From NCBI RefSeq assembly GCF_002105155.1, contig NW_019028991.1:124001-188000 (forward strand): DNA of 64,000 nucleotides, written 5' to 3'. The stretch comes from Lobosporangium transversale (taxonomy: Eukaryota). Positions within the stretch are counted from its first letter, which is position 1; each line of letters opens with the position of its first letter. The notes beneath the pieces were generated by a model. It was given only the letters and a program-made list of their open reading frames with translations, ran no database searches and had not been told where the DNA came from. The position numbers and the translations under genes were made by a program. Shown piece by piece: positions 9,952-23,654 of this stretch.

Positions 9952-10545
9952 AAAGAGAACTCAGCGAAACACAAAAAATTGTCATGAGTTTCCAGGCACA
10001 GTGACATGCTACGATTCTTTTTATGGCTGTGCTTCTTGTCGGCGATGAAATCTGTATGCTCACACATGGTGTGGCGTTATTTTTAGGCTGTAGTAGATTC
10101 ATTGCAAATGAGCTGAGGATTGCAAGCAAGGCTAAGTTAAAAAAAAAAAGCCGCATGATGTCAATTAAGATAAAACTGCGATCGATCTTTGGTACTGCAT
10201 AAATATTTATTATTTGTGGTGGAGTTATAATCCAAGTGTGAAAGGCTAACAAATTAAGGCGGATAAAATTTCGTCCATGCGACCTTTGGTTTCCATTCCA
10301 GGCTACAACAATGTTCCTTGGTCTGTGAGCCCTTTTTTTCAACACATGACAAAATATATACAAGTAAAAAAAAAAAGGCACATAGGCATATGTAGAAGTA
10401 GATGGGGGTCAATGATGCTTAAGGAACAGGAGAAAATGCCGGAGCAGGTACAGGTACCATCTAACGTGCTCTAGCCGTCAGTATAATATATAAGGAACAC
10501 ATTTTTAAGTTCCTTACAAGGAAATGATAATAAACCAAGTGCCGC

Positions 10546-10581
<36 letters not shown>

Positions 10582-10849
10582 AAAAGCCCGGTCATCAAAT
10601 TGTTCATGCTTGTTTTTATTGTACTCAGTTGAATGGGCTAGGCTGTTCCATGTTTAGTATTGATGTGCTGAGGCCCATTGATGACGGATCTTGCATATAA
10701 AAGAGGTCACTTAATCCCTTTTTTTTAAAAAAAAATTTTCCTTTTTTCTTTACTTCCAATTTTCATTAATATCGCCTTCAACACTACTCATTCTATACTT
10801 CACATTAAAATAACAAAAGAACTCAAGCGGTCAACCAACATTGCTATCG

Positions 10850-11285
10850 ATGCCATCAAGACATTTATCACCCATGTTTACACATCTTCATAGAAAAGTT
10901 TCTGATCTTGTTCATGGCCGTAAGCAGGATGACGATGCTGCCCATGATGGTGATGTTCAAGACGCCAACTTGGTTCCCACTGATGATCCAGTTGCAAATG
11001 CTAATCCTTCCAACAATTGGGACTATACCATCGTTTTTCGGGGCGCCAAGGTAATATAGATCGTATCAGAATAACTGTTGTGAAGTTGATGGTCTTGATA
11101 TAAAGAAGTAAAGGGATGGCACACGACTCACTCTCGGAAAATTTTTTTTATTGAATCTAGGATCTACTTCGAGGCGACCTGTTAAGTTCTGATCCTTTTC
11201 TCGAGGCATACCTTGGACCACCAGAGGATAAAGAGTCGCTTTCGTTTGTGTAAGTCATTTCTTCCTCGTCTAATTATTCCTTTGG

Positions 11286-11322
<37 letters not shown>

Positions 11323-12650
11323 TCACAGCCTTTTTCTTTTTTTTTTTTTTTTTTTTTTTCTAACTCCTCTTCCATTTTTGTACACTACACTTTCTAAAAA
11401 AAAATTTTTTTTTTTTTAGCACTGGTGTCCAATGGTCGACTTTGAATCCAACTTGGGATGCAACTTGGCATCTGTTGAATGTTACAGATGGTATGCCGCT
11501 TCAGATCTTGGTGAAAGACAAGAACAAGATGGCAGCCGATACTGATCTTGGCAGAGCAGAACTGATCCTCGGATCCAAACTCGAAGGGACACGGGAACAT
11601 GTGCTTGATATCTGGCAATCTGATGACCGCAAGCATGGTCAAGTTTTGATACAGGTAAGATAAAAAAAATACCTCTTTGTTTTATTATTATTATTGTCGT
11701 TGTTGATCACTATTCCAAGTTCAACCAAGGAGAGGAACGCGCAGCAATAGTGACTCATGCAAAACATTCATACCAAAAAAAAAAAAAAAAAAAAAAAAAA
11801 TTAGACGATTGCTTCCCGAAGTGTTGGAAACTCTGCAGCTCTGGAGAAAGCATCCACTAGAGGCCCAGCTCGTTTCTCTCGCCACACCAGTTATGCTGCC
11901 GGTGTTTTGACACGGGAAAAGGCTTTTGAGTTCTACACCTACCGAGTTCGTCTTTATCATCTCTTTGAAGTCTTTGGAAATGATCCTCGGTTTTACCAAC
12001 ACTGGAACACGGAATATGATGCTGCCAAGCGCATCTTTGCAGACTCATTGGAGGGCCTTAACATCCGCAACGCATTGCATTCTCAACACTCATACCTCTA
12101 CCGTCACAGTCGCACGACTCTCTATGATCAATTGGAGACAGCAGATCATTTGGGTCAACTTTTGCATGGCGACCGCTTGAAAAAGGATCAAAATCTGGAC
12201 TTGAAGACGATCGTGTTTACATATTCGATTGTTCCAAAGGGCCTCTACTTTTCAGAAACGGGCACTGCTTTTTTCCAAGACTTCATGTCCAAGCATGCTA
12301 TGCACGCTAATCGAGCCACAGAGGTGATGTATTCTGGAGAGTTCCGTCTGTTCAGAGATCCGGACCATAATGATGATTGGACTCTATTGATTGATAACAA
12401 CTCTGGTACATATGGTCCTAAAAAGGAAGAGTTGTGGAAGGTACAGAGGGTCTTTGAGTTAAACTTCCCAGACTTGGTGGTCAGGGCTGTAGATAGAGAG
12501 GATCCCTATCTTCTGGAGATCAAGGAGGCGACCAAGCAAGCTGAAGCTATGCAGGCATCTCAACAGTCTCAAAGGTGGACACTTTTCGGTGGTATTAACA
12601 GCAAAACCGAAGAAACGATGCCACCAGCTGAGCATGTATGCGAGGTGTAA
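10850..12650 (+). CDS. C2-domain-containing protein (exons ~10850-11050, 11161-11249, 11420-11654, 11804-12650)
   Basis: Spliced frame is continuous: YTIVFRGAK|DLLRGDLLSSDPFLEAYLG...STLNPTWDATW...ILVKDKNKMAADTDLGRAEL (C2 fold), with a C-terminal domain containing YSGEF and IDNNSGTYGP. TATAAAAG at ~10697. Confidence 0.8.
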
Positions 12651-12735
12651 AAAAATAATAATATAATAAGTCATATACTGAGGATTATATTTATACCAAA
12701 ACAACAACAATAATGAGTACATTGCAATAAACAAC

Positions 12736-12771
<36 letters not shown>

Positions 12772-13643
12772 GTCTGGGACGAGTAAAAGTATTAGAAAAG
12801 TACTATTAGTACATTATTAAAAGCTATAAAGGCGAAAGTGTTATAGCGCATGAACCGATATTACAGGAAAAAACAGTACAGGGAAGGAAGGGGAGGAGAA
12901 GAGATTGAGAAGTTACATCGTTCAAGAGCTTATGGGATAGGGTGATCTGGATCCCTGCCCCGCAAAACAAACGCGTCTGTTGCTGTTGCTTTGTTTTGCT
13001 GCCTTTCTTGGTGGCTGATTTGGTCCGGAGCACGTGACATATAGAAAAAATTTTCAATAAAAACAATCCCAAAGCTTGACTCCACTTTCATCCTTACTTC
13101 TCTTTCACTATTTTTTTTTTTTTTTTCCCCTTCCCACTTGGTAAGTCTATCAACAGAACGCGTAGCGCGCAACATGGAACACACATGTACACTACACTAC
13201 ACCTATAAAGATATATGCATATGTATCTTTGTCCATATCTATATCCATATCCATGTCCACATACATAAACATCATTATTTACCGAAAGAAAATAAAAAAA
13301 AAAAAAAAAGAAAAAAGAGAAATAAGGCTCACGATGGTCTATAGTAATTTGCGTTTGATCTGGGCCTTGTTGCCGTGGGACCTCGCCGGGTCCTATATAG
13401 CGGTCTTGTGCTTTATGAAACCCCTACTTTGCTGAAGCCATTTTTTTTTTCTTTCTTTCTTTTCTTTTTATTTGGGTACCGTCATTTTTTTTTTTTTTTT
13501 TTTATATTGGATTTCTCACTAATGCTTATTCTTAAAAAAAAGATAGGATTTTTTTTTTTGTACACATCTCTGGACCCATAACGCGTTCTTATCAGTCGAT
13601 ATTAAATCAAGGTGGTAAGTCTTCATCCAGTTGTTAGAACAAA

Positions 13644-13674
<31 letters not shown>

Positions 13675-14158
13675 GAAAGTAAGCAATGATTAGAACGATG
13701 TTCGCTTACCTGAGAGCTTAGTTGCTATGCGGACCATACCATTTATACACCAAGATCTCTGAGTCTTACTTTCTCTTATTTGATAAAGTTGAAAAAAAAA
13801 AAGGCAGCGTTGGTTATGATATTTTGTCTAATCTCTCTTTCTTTTTTTTTATTACTGTTGTATTTGGTAACTAGAATTTGAGCATAGGTTGGTTACCTTT
13901 GTTTTTATTTTCTTTTAAAGAGATTAATGAGAATCATATTGCTTGCTAAAGAAAGAAATAAAATGATAAAAAAAAAAAAAAAAAAAAGGACGCCTGTGCC
14001 TTGTATGAACGTGTATATCTACGTGATCTCGAATGATGGATAAATGCTTTCTACTCATTTCAGCTCGATGAAAATAGTTCGAATTGATAATTGTTTTATG
14101 ACGTGTTCTAAATGAATGCTGCTTTATTTTTTTAATTTTTAATTTTTTATTTTTTTGT

Positions 14159-17100
14159 CTACATATTGAGTGAGAAGGGATTTGAAAACGATGCTGATGG
14201 GTTCGATGTTGATGCGGCAGAAGTTGAGAATGGATCCAAGTCATCAATCGAAGGGTATTTTGCAGTGGCAGCCGTGGTTAAAGGCTTCGTCCACTGTCCA
14301 AACATATCATTCACATTATTATTGTTGTTATTGCTACTAAAGGTAGATGCAGGGGCCGTCATGGATCGAGGAGTGTTCGACAAAGAGAATGCAGATTCAA
14401 AGTTTGCGCTTGATGGATAGGCAGAGGCTGCTGCTGTTAGTATTGTTGTTGTTGCCGTATGTACTCATCAAATTTTGAGGCTGTTGCTGCTGTCCTCCAG
14501 TCATTGCGAAAGGATTGGGAGACCTGGTTCCGGTGGAGTTGAGTCCGATGCTTGAAAAGTAATCCTGAGCCTGTTGCTGCATTCTGCCAAACGGGTCAAT
14601 CAAGGATGCTTGCGTTTGGAATGGTTGTGAGGCCATTGTTGGGGCATGCTGCTGCTTTGCAAACATGGCAAAAGGATTGCTTTGTTGTCCTGCACTGTTG
14701 CTGTTGCTATCATTGTTTACAGTTGCTGCTGGAGCAGATTGAGGATAATCAGGCATAAAAGCTCTCTGAAGTTGCGGCATCTGCTGCTTACTGAACGGAT
14801 TGGATCCTCCGGTTGACTGCGGTGATAATGAAGCCGAAGCCGAAGCCGAAGTAGTTGAAAACGCAAGTGTGGGTGACAAAGATGATGATGGTGTACCATG
14901 GATACTTGAATTTGAAAGGCTTGACATTGAAGCTGTTTGATGCTGACCATGGCTCAGAACAGACAAGTAGTCATCAAATGATTTTGTACCTGTGATAGAT
15001 CCAGCTCCAATGCCTGCCACAGCAGGGCCTAGTGATGAGGTCATAGTTGAGCTGTAATCCAATCCTTGCAATGGGTTCTGTGGCTGTGCTACTTTTGACA
15101 AGGAAAATGGGTCATCATTCAATGAAGCCAATGCGTTTTGAGTGTTGGAGGACGAGGTTATTGGGAGCGTATTGAAAACATTCCTTGACTGAGAAAGCAT
15201 GGATGTTTGTGAGGGTGGGGCATGGGCAGATGTGAATGTGGGAGGGAGATGTGAACTACTATTGTTGCTACCTGTGGGTGACTGAGGTGAACTCATATGC
15301 ATATTGTTGAATGAGCTTGTCATAAGCGAGAATGGATCAGCTGTAGGATCGAGTGCTGCGGGTGTCGCCACAAATGTTGGTGCTGTTGATCCTGATCCAA
15401 AGACAGAAGAATGATAATTTTGAGAGAAGTCCCCTGCCCCTGTCTCTGCTCTTGTCGCTGCTCCTGCTCCTGATGTGTTTCCACCAGTCATTAGACTGGC
15501 AAAAGTATCGAATGATCCAAGGGATTGTTGTTGTTGTTGCTGTTGCTGGTGGAACTGATCTTGCTGATCCTGTTGATATTGTTGCTGTTGATGGTAATAA
15601 TACTGCTGTTGCTGGTGTTGTTGTTGTTGTGTATTCTTTGATCCCACAGCATTGAAGGGACTGGACGCTGCGCTTGAGAGATTGGTTGACTTTGAAATAG
15701 TAGATCCGCTGTCCGAGCTGATAGTTGAGGACTTTCTGCTCAAGGTCTTTTCAGGCACTGCAGGCGCAGATATAATCATGTTCTATTAGAGAGTTAGAAG
15801 ATAATGCAGATTCGGGTTAAAAATAGGTTAGGGAATTAGTAAAATTTAACATGATCGCTGTGTTCACACATTAATTCCATTTGATGATGAATTTGTGGAG
15901 CTCACAAAATAAAATAAATTACTATGCTTTTTGACCTACTAAATTATCAACGCTCTGGCTTTTCGTCACAGCTCGGACACGGTCCGGAACAGCAAGTCCG
16001 CTAGAACTGGTGTTAGGCGCTGAGGGATTTTGTGGGCTAGTGAAGTGAGGCTCAGAAGCATTGTTGTTGGCGCTGGTGCCTCCGTTGGGATCCTGATACC
16101 ATTGTTTCTTGACATATTTGGCTCTCATGAATTGACGGACTTCGTCCACCTCATGTGCATCTGGTTCTGGGTATTCTCGCCAGGACCATGTTGCCAACCA
16201 AATGCTCTTGGCGACCTAGATGTGTCACAAAGAGGATTCAAAGAACAAACGAGGACATTAATACAAAGATGGAGAAGGCAAGATGGTATATCATATCATG
16301 CGAAGGAAATGAAAAATAATAAACAAAGTTAATGGATCCAAATGCTCCATCGTTTCTTGTTGGAGTTTGATGTGATCCTCCTCTTATCAAGTGGTGGGCT
16401 CACATCCTCGTTTCTTGCTTCGTATCCAGAAACTGTTGCGTATTGCTCCAAAAGAAAGGCAAGGCTATTGTATTTTTGCCGTTTGATTGCCAGACCTAGT
16501 TCCTCTTTGCTCTCTTCGTCTCTGTCTCTCTTTCTCCCTGAATCTCAGTGATGTTGTGAGCAGGGTAGTATGAAGAAAAATAAATTATAGTGTGTTTTTG
16601 TGTGGATAAAATGGAAAAGTAAGTGCGCATTGACAGGAAAGAAGAGTTTTGTTTGTTGATTCGTTTTTTGTTAAAAAAGACTGGTTGTTGTGAAAAGCGT
16701 ATTTTTTCCTGTGCAGTGTTGATTTGTCCTGAAGTCTTGTCATCCTTCAGAGATTTGTTTACACGATGCATGCATGTGGATTGTTTTATAATATCGTGTG
16801 GTCTTACCCCATTGCCCCCCTTTTGCAGACCAGAAACCTCCTCGGGAGTGAAGGTGGACGCTGAAATAGACTTGACCCTGTGATTGAGTTCACGGCTACC
16901 GACAGTGTATAATTTTTTTTTTTTTTAAAAAAACAAACAAACAAACACGCAATGATGATGGGAATAGATAGCCAGAGGAGGTAAGTGCGAGGTGAGTAAA
17001 GATGGAGCAGAAATTCAGTTTTTCAAACAGATTGATTTGGGACAGATGTTACAGGAAGTGTACATGCAACATGGATTAGATGAATGTGTAGGATTAAATC

Positions 17101-17534
17101 AAGGAAAATGAAATACATACTGCAAACCAGAACATTTCTCGCAGATGAATGTATTGTTGAACAGATTAGCATAGACATTGACCTATCAAAAGAGGAAAAA
17201 GAGAATTAAGGTATTTAGTGTCCGATATCGCTTCTGTGTTTGTAAATTGCTGTTATTAGGTGTTGAGTGTTTCATTTTGATACCTTGGATGGGCAGTCGA
17301 AGCACTTTTTATTCTCTGGCAACTTTAGGAGACCAGACAAGATCCTAAGCCATGAAATGAATTTTTTTTATAAAAAAAAAAAAAAGAAATGTAATGGAAT
17401 GGCAAAATGGTTGTGTAGAGATGGAATGCAATGTTAAATGTCGAACGGTCAGTTTTTGAAAAACAAACATTGTAAAGAAAGAGATAGAGGAATTGGCTGT
17501 ACCTGGAGTGTTTTTCATCAAGTCGTCGTGACAT
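14159..17534 (-). CDS. ArfGAP-domain protein, AGFG/Gts1-like, with long S/Q-rich NPF/DPF tail (multi-exon)
   Basis: Exons give MSRRLDEKHSR, LKLPENKKCFDCPSK, NTFICEKCSG, RELNHRVKSISASTFTPEEV..LQKGGN, VRQFMRAKYVKKQW (CxxC-CxxC-R ArfGAP zinc finger). The tail has several NPF/DPF motifs. Frame break near 14450. Confidence 0.85.
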
Positions 17535-17589
17535 GATCGGTTGTCAAATGCGATAGAGTAGCACCGAAGGAAAGAGAAGAGAGAAAAGA

Positions 17590-17640
17590 GAAAAGGGAAA
17601 AGGGAAAAGGGAAAAGGGAAAAGGGAAAAGGGAAAAGAGG
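17590..17640. repeat. (GAAAAGG)n heptamer tandem repeat in the ArfGAP 5' region
   Basis: About six direct copies of GAAAAGG. Confidence 0.85.
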
Positions 17641-18118
17641 AAAGAGGAGGGAGGAAAGAGGAAAGAAGAAGGAAGCAGAAAGAGTAAAATTGATGAAAAG
17701 GTAAAGACGGAAGAGAAAGAGACGATAATGCTATCATTGCTTTCATAACTTAATGTATTTCCAGTCATGTATTAAGTACAAATCTCAAGAGCATGAGCAT
17801 GGGCGAGAAAAGTCTGTTTGGTTACAGTAAAGTGATCTGTGTCCATGCCAGATATTTTATTTTCCTGTCATCTCTCTCTTTTTTTTTTTTTTTTTTTTTT
17901 TTTTGCATCCTTTTTGCTCAACCGTCTTTCATTCTCCAACCTTTATATTTCCCTTTACTCTTTATTTTTTTTTTTTTACGACACAGCACAGTCAACAAAC
18001 GATCATATTCATCACTGTCATCATTATTCTCATCAATTAATTCCTCATTACTCTCGACATATAACAGCATTCTTTCCATACTCACAAACGCACCAACCTC
18101 TTTCCGTCACTTGAAACC

Positions 18119-20695
18119 ATGGGAAACGCCATCACCAAAAACTATGAAGGTGTGGTTACGACTTTTCTCTACAATCATTCATGGTTGCTGACACAATTGA
18201 ACTCATCGTACAAAAAACCGTTTTTTTTTTTTTTTTTTTTCCTCCTTCATTCTTCAGTGGGCGGACAAATTGCCAGTGCAGGATTATGGAAGATCCATCG
18301 AGGCACCAAACGCACTACAGGACAAGAAGTCGCTGTATTCGTATCAACTCTGTCTTTCTTTAGTTCTTCCCAATTTTCCTCACCCGATATGTCGAGTGAA
18401 AGAAAAAAGAAAAAAGAAAAAAAAGGACTTTAGCACAAGGAGATCTCTGTACTATTCATACTGTTTTTTTTGCGTGGATGTTGTTGGTTGTTGATGTTCG
18501 TCTCTGTTTGGTCCTTTTATGCGTTGATTTGCTATTATGTCTCTTCCAAACAACAGTTCTTGGCACAATGATGCCACTATATATTCCTTGACTTCGTGTC
18601 TTGTTGTGTTGTTGCTCTTCTTTCTCTCTATATATTGATAGATCTTCGAAAAGAACATTGTCGAAACTATCAACTCATTGCGGAGACAAGTACCATCTAA
18701 ACGCGATCAGGAACGCGTCTACGAGTTTTTAAAGAAAGAGGTATGAACTGTTAACATGGCGTTTTTTTTTTTTTTTTTTTTCTAATACAATTTTCAATCT
18801 CTGTTTATAGGCAAGTCAATTGGCACGACTGCGACATCCTTGTATGCTGGAGGTTGTAGAGCCAGTCGATGAATCGCGAACTGCCATCGCCTTTGCAACA
18901 GAACCTATTTTTGCATCTCTCTCCAATCTGCTTGGCAATTATGAAAACTTACCGTCTGTGTCAGAAGACATCCGCAAATTTGAACTTGACGAACTCGAGG
19001 TATACAAAGCAGAGTAGCACACAAATATGCGTTACCATGGAAGACAATCAAATCTGGATGTTCAGGATGACGACTTCTCATCAGTGCAATGGGTCGCTTT
19101 ATATCTTATAGATGCAAAAAGGACTTTTACAGCTTGGAAAGGGATTACAATTCTGTCATAACGACGCCAAGATCGTTCACGGAAACTTGATACCAGAAGC
19201 CATTTTTCTAAACGCGAAGGGTGACTGGAAGATCGCAGGGTAATATGACATTAGATCCAAGGGTGTCTGAGTGATCAGACGGCCATATTAATACGCGCCG
19301 AACGAAAATGATAAGAACTATCTTGCTCAACATTTTTCTCTTTTTTCTTTTTCTTTCTTTCTTTCTTTCTTCATCCAGATTTGGGTTCAGCACCTTCTTA
19401 TCACCAGATCCAAATATTCCCACACATGTTGAGTATTGGAATTATGATCATGAGCTTCACCCATATTGTCAAAGGGACCTCAACTATCAAGCACCAGAAT
19501 ATGTACTGGACCGGAAGCTAGATCCTTCAAATGACATGTTTGGCATTGGATGTTTGGCATACTCGGTGCTTAACAAGGGATCACCTCTGCTTCAAACACA
19601 CGGAAATCTCAATACTTATCGCCAACAAATTGAAAGGATTGGTCAGCAGCGATATGAAAAGTTCCCCGCACATCTTGCAGGTAGGTATATATCCGCCCTG
19701 TCATTCCATACAAGCTAGTTCATATAACCATCAGGTTGTCTCATAGCATCATTCTACATGACTATAGATGCTATGACACGGCTTATCACGAGAGATCCCA
19801 GTATGAGAATGAACGCCATTGAATTTCAATCCAGCAAGTTTTTCGACAATATTCTTGTTTCGACCATGAAATACATGGAAAGCTTTGCAGAAAAGACCAG
19901 AGACGACAAGGGTCAATTTATGAAGGGTCTGCTTCGTGTGTTGTCTCAGTTCCCAGAACGCGTTCTGTATAGGAAGGTATGTAATATCGCCCCCGTACTG
20001 AAAGAGCTGTTTAGCTTGTTATCACCTACTCTAACAGTGATTTATGTGATTCATTAGATTTTGCCGGCTCTTCTGGATGAGCTTAAGGATCATGCCCTGC
20101 TACCATATACCCTTCCCAACGTGTTCTACATTGTTCAGAAGATGACCCCAAAAGAGTTTGAGGAGAGAGTCCTTCCATCTCTCAAACCGATCTTCTTGGT
20201 TCGGGAACCTATGCAGAATCTGTTGACATTGCTGGAGAAGATTGAGCTGTTACATCAGAAGGCAAGTGGGCAGGTCTTTAAGGAAGAGATCATGCCCCTT
20301 GTTTACTGTGCTTTAGAGCCCAAAAACCCACCTTCCGTTCAGGAGAAGGCTCTTAAGACAGTACCGGGAATCATGGAGGCACTAGACTATACGACTGTCA
20401 AGGCGTCGCTGTTTCCTAGGATCGCTGTAGGTTTACTAAATGTCATTATAACTCAACAGCTTTTATTCGTCAATGGCTATATCTTCAATATTCATTTTTA
20501 TCTGAGGCTTCTCTGTAATAGACTCTTTTCGCACAAACTACTACCCTATCTGTCAAGGTGAACACGTTACTTTGTTTCCTCACCATCATGAAGATCTTGG
20601 ACAAGTTCACTATTACTGAAAAGTTGATTCCATTGCTGCGTAATATTAAAACCCGGGAAATTAATGTCACGGTAAGCTAGAAACTAATGTTGTTA

Positions 20696-20726
<31 letters not shown>

Positions 20727-22131
20727 CTGTGAATCTCTCTGAACTTTTCCCGTCAATGAATGATAATAGATGGCCACTCTTCAAGTATATCAGGAAATGG
20801 GTAAATATATGGACAAAGAAGTGATTGGAAACAACATTATTCCACATTTGTGGCATTTGGCTCTTGGACCGAATTTAAAAGTGGAGCAGGTATAAATCTT
20901 CAGGTTTTTATTATAATTATGTAGTAGTTGAACTTGACTACTGATAGCTTAATCAATTATTGGTATGTTATGTCTATTTGTTATTTATTTTCTATTTTTT
21001 CTATTTTGTAATTTAAAACCGTACCAATTAGTTCGAAACATTCATGGCGGCGATTCAGGAGCTCACGACCAAAGTACACCAGCAGCACTTGCGCCATCTT
21101 CAGGATTTGAAAAAGCTTGAGGACCAGACTAAGAACTTTGCTGCAAGTTCGAATCCGAGTGTAACAGCAAACGGCGGAGATACAACGCTGAACGACTTTG
21201 AAAAGCTTGTTGGGGGCGGGATGGGCCCATCTTCGGGCGCTACGACGCCTAGTTCAAATCATGCATCGTCTTCCGAAAATCCGTTCAAGATTGCATCGGA
21301 CAATCCTTTCTCGCCCAGTAGTTCAAAGAGCTCTTCATTGGATATGTTTGGAGAAATGGTAAGTATGGTAACTTTTAGATTGCTATGTCTAGGTAGCATA
21401 ATACGTGTTTACATTTATTAAGCTATATTACATTTCTGCTCTGATCTTTTCAGGCTGCTTCTCTTCCTTCAACCCCCTCAAACCCAATATCATTCAGCTC
21501 TAATACTCCTGTCATGAAACCAGCGACGACTAGCATGTTTGGAGCTGTTTCGGCTGATCATTCATTAGCGATGAGCAATTATAGTGGCTCACGACCATTG
21601 ACCCCAACAACAGCCAACCAGGCCTCCACCCCAACAGCAGCGACATCCTCGTTCTCTATACCCCCTCTTAACAAGACACTTTCTAGCTCGTCCACCTCGA
21701 GCTACACGTCTACAACATCCACACGCCCACCGTTCTCTCAGCCACAGCAAAAGCCTGCTGGTACGCCACCATTGTCTCATACCTTAGGAAACTTGTCTTC
21801 GTCTTCTTCGGCCTTTGGAGGGTTCCAATCTGCTTCATCCATGTCTCAAACAATTCAGCCGATGGCAGCAAACAACACTGGTGGATTCCAATCGAATGGG
21901 GTTGGTAACAGCAGCATGGGATTTGGTATGGGTGTGATGACATCGACGCCAGCTTTGACACCCACTCGTCCAGCTTCAGGAACAGGGATGGCGCCAATGA
22001 AGCCTATGGTGCCCATGATGCCATTGCAACCCACAAATACAAACAACTCGGCTAACAAATTCGGACAGAGCAACATGTCACAGCACAAAGGCAAGAATTC
22101 GGACTTAGGCATGTTTGACCCCTTTTCATAA
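18119..22131 (+). CDS. SCY1: SCY1-like pseudokinase with HEAT repeats (SCYL2/Scy1/Ppk32 type), multi-exon
   Basis: IASAGLWKIHRG, LARLRHPCMLEVVEP, AFATEPIFASL, VHGNLIPEAIFLNAKGDWKIAG, LNYQAPEYVL, HEAT-like region ILPALLDELKD...LPNVFYI, S/T-rich tail ending FDPFS. Confidence 0.88.
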
Positions 22132-22821
22132 AGAATATTTGATGGCATTACTCCATGCAACAAAGCATAATAACAATAAAGAACATGGCCTGAGATATTT
22201 AAATTAGAACTGATTATTGAAATAAGAATGATATAACGTTGGTGAGAAAAAAGACACGCAGTTCCTATCCGAGATAACAGAATAAGTTTAAAAAGTTTAT
22301 CGGCGAATCAGCCAGTAAGGTGGCAATTGCACGCACAAGCACCCTTTTACCCCTATTTTTTTAAAAAAAACGTTTAGGCAGGTGAACCTTTTTACTCCTT
22401 TTTTTTTTTTTTGTGGTACTGGGTGTGGTCTGTTATTGGCGTACAAAAGAGGGAAAAAAAGGAGAGTGTGTAATGTTGAAGACAAGGACGCGTCTGAAAA
22501 ATCAATCAGGAACAAGGAGTAAGCGACCAACCAGGTCACAATGGCATGGTCAGGGGTGGGCTGCATGTGTTTTACAAACATTATGTGATTATTTAATAGA
22601 TGTAAAAGTATGTGTATATAAACACAATTGAAATAATGGACTACAGTATTAATGCTAATGCCATCCATCATCCGCAAGAAACGAGGCCATTGAGGAGGCT
22701 AATAATGTCCATGGGTAATAGAGTAAACAAAACATAAAATATGGAGTCTTTTTTTTTTTTTTTTTTTTTCTTTCTTTTTTTCTTTTTTTTTTTTTTTGGT
22801 CTTTTTGTCTTTCTTTCTTTC

Positions 22822-22854
<33 letters not shown>

Positions 22855-23260
22855 CTTTTTTGGATGGTCAGTCGTGCCTTCGTTCCTACGATCCACGATC
22901 TATGAACCTCCCTACTCCCTATCCTCCCTCTCCTTCTGTCTCTGTTCTCTTGGCCAATAAAAACCGCTTGACGAAAATCCCTATCCTTCCTTTGGCTGAC
23001 GAAGCATTGATTGACAGATTAAGAATAAGGGATTCTTATTTCCTCATTGTCTTCAGCACGGTCGTCCATACCTTTTTATTTTTTATTTTTTATTTTTTTA
23101 TTTTTTTTATTCCCTCCCCTTATGACCTTTACTTTAATAGCTTTTAGTAATAATCTTACTTTTTTACACGAATTTTTATCCCAATTTTTTCTTCACGTAA
23201 CAGTCTTTCTCTCTCCTTTCTTTTTTCTTTTTTCTTGTTTTCGTGCACCATAATTAATTA

Positions 23261-23611
23261 ATGTCGTCGACAGGCAAAGTTCTCTTGGAAACAGGAATAA
23301 GAATAGGAGCACACACAGCATCAAAAAGCCTTGCCTTAACCATCATGCGGACATGGATATGGACATGGATATCAGTGGTATTGAAGGCATTGATGGCTAC
23401 TTCAATCATTACACCAATATGTGCTGCGCCTACACCTGCATCTGCGTTTGCACCCGCGTTTGCAATAGCGTCTGGGAATGAGACTCGGGGAGATTCATCT
23501 TTTGTACCCCAAACCGTATCAAAAATGGCCGTTGGAGGCAGTGTGGATTCTCAAGACAGTACAACAAAAATTATTGGTTTATCTCTGGCTATTGGGAGCG
23601 GTAAGTACGGC

Positions 23612-23654
<43 letters not shown>

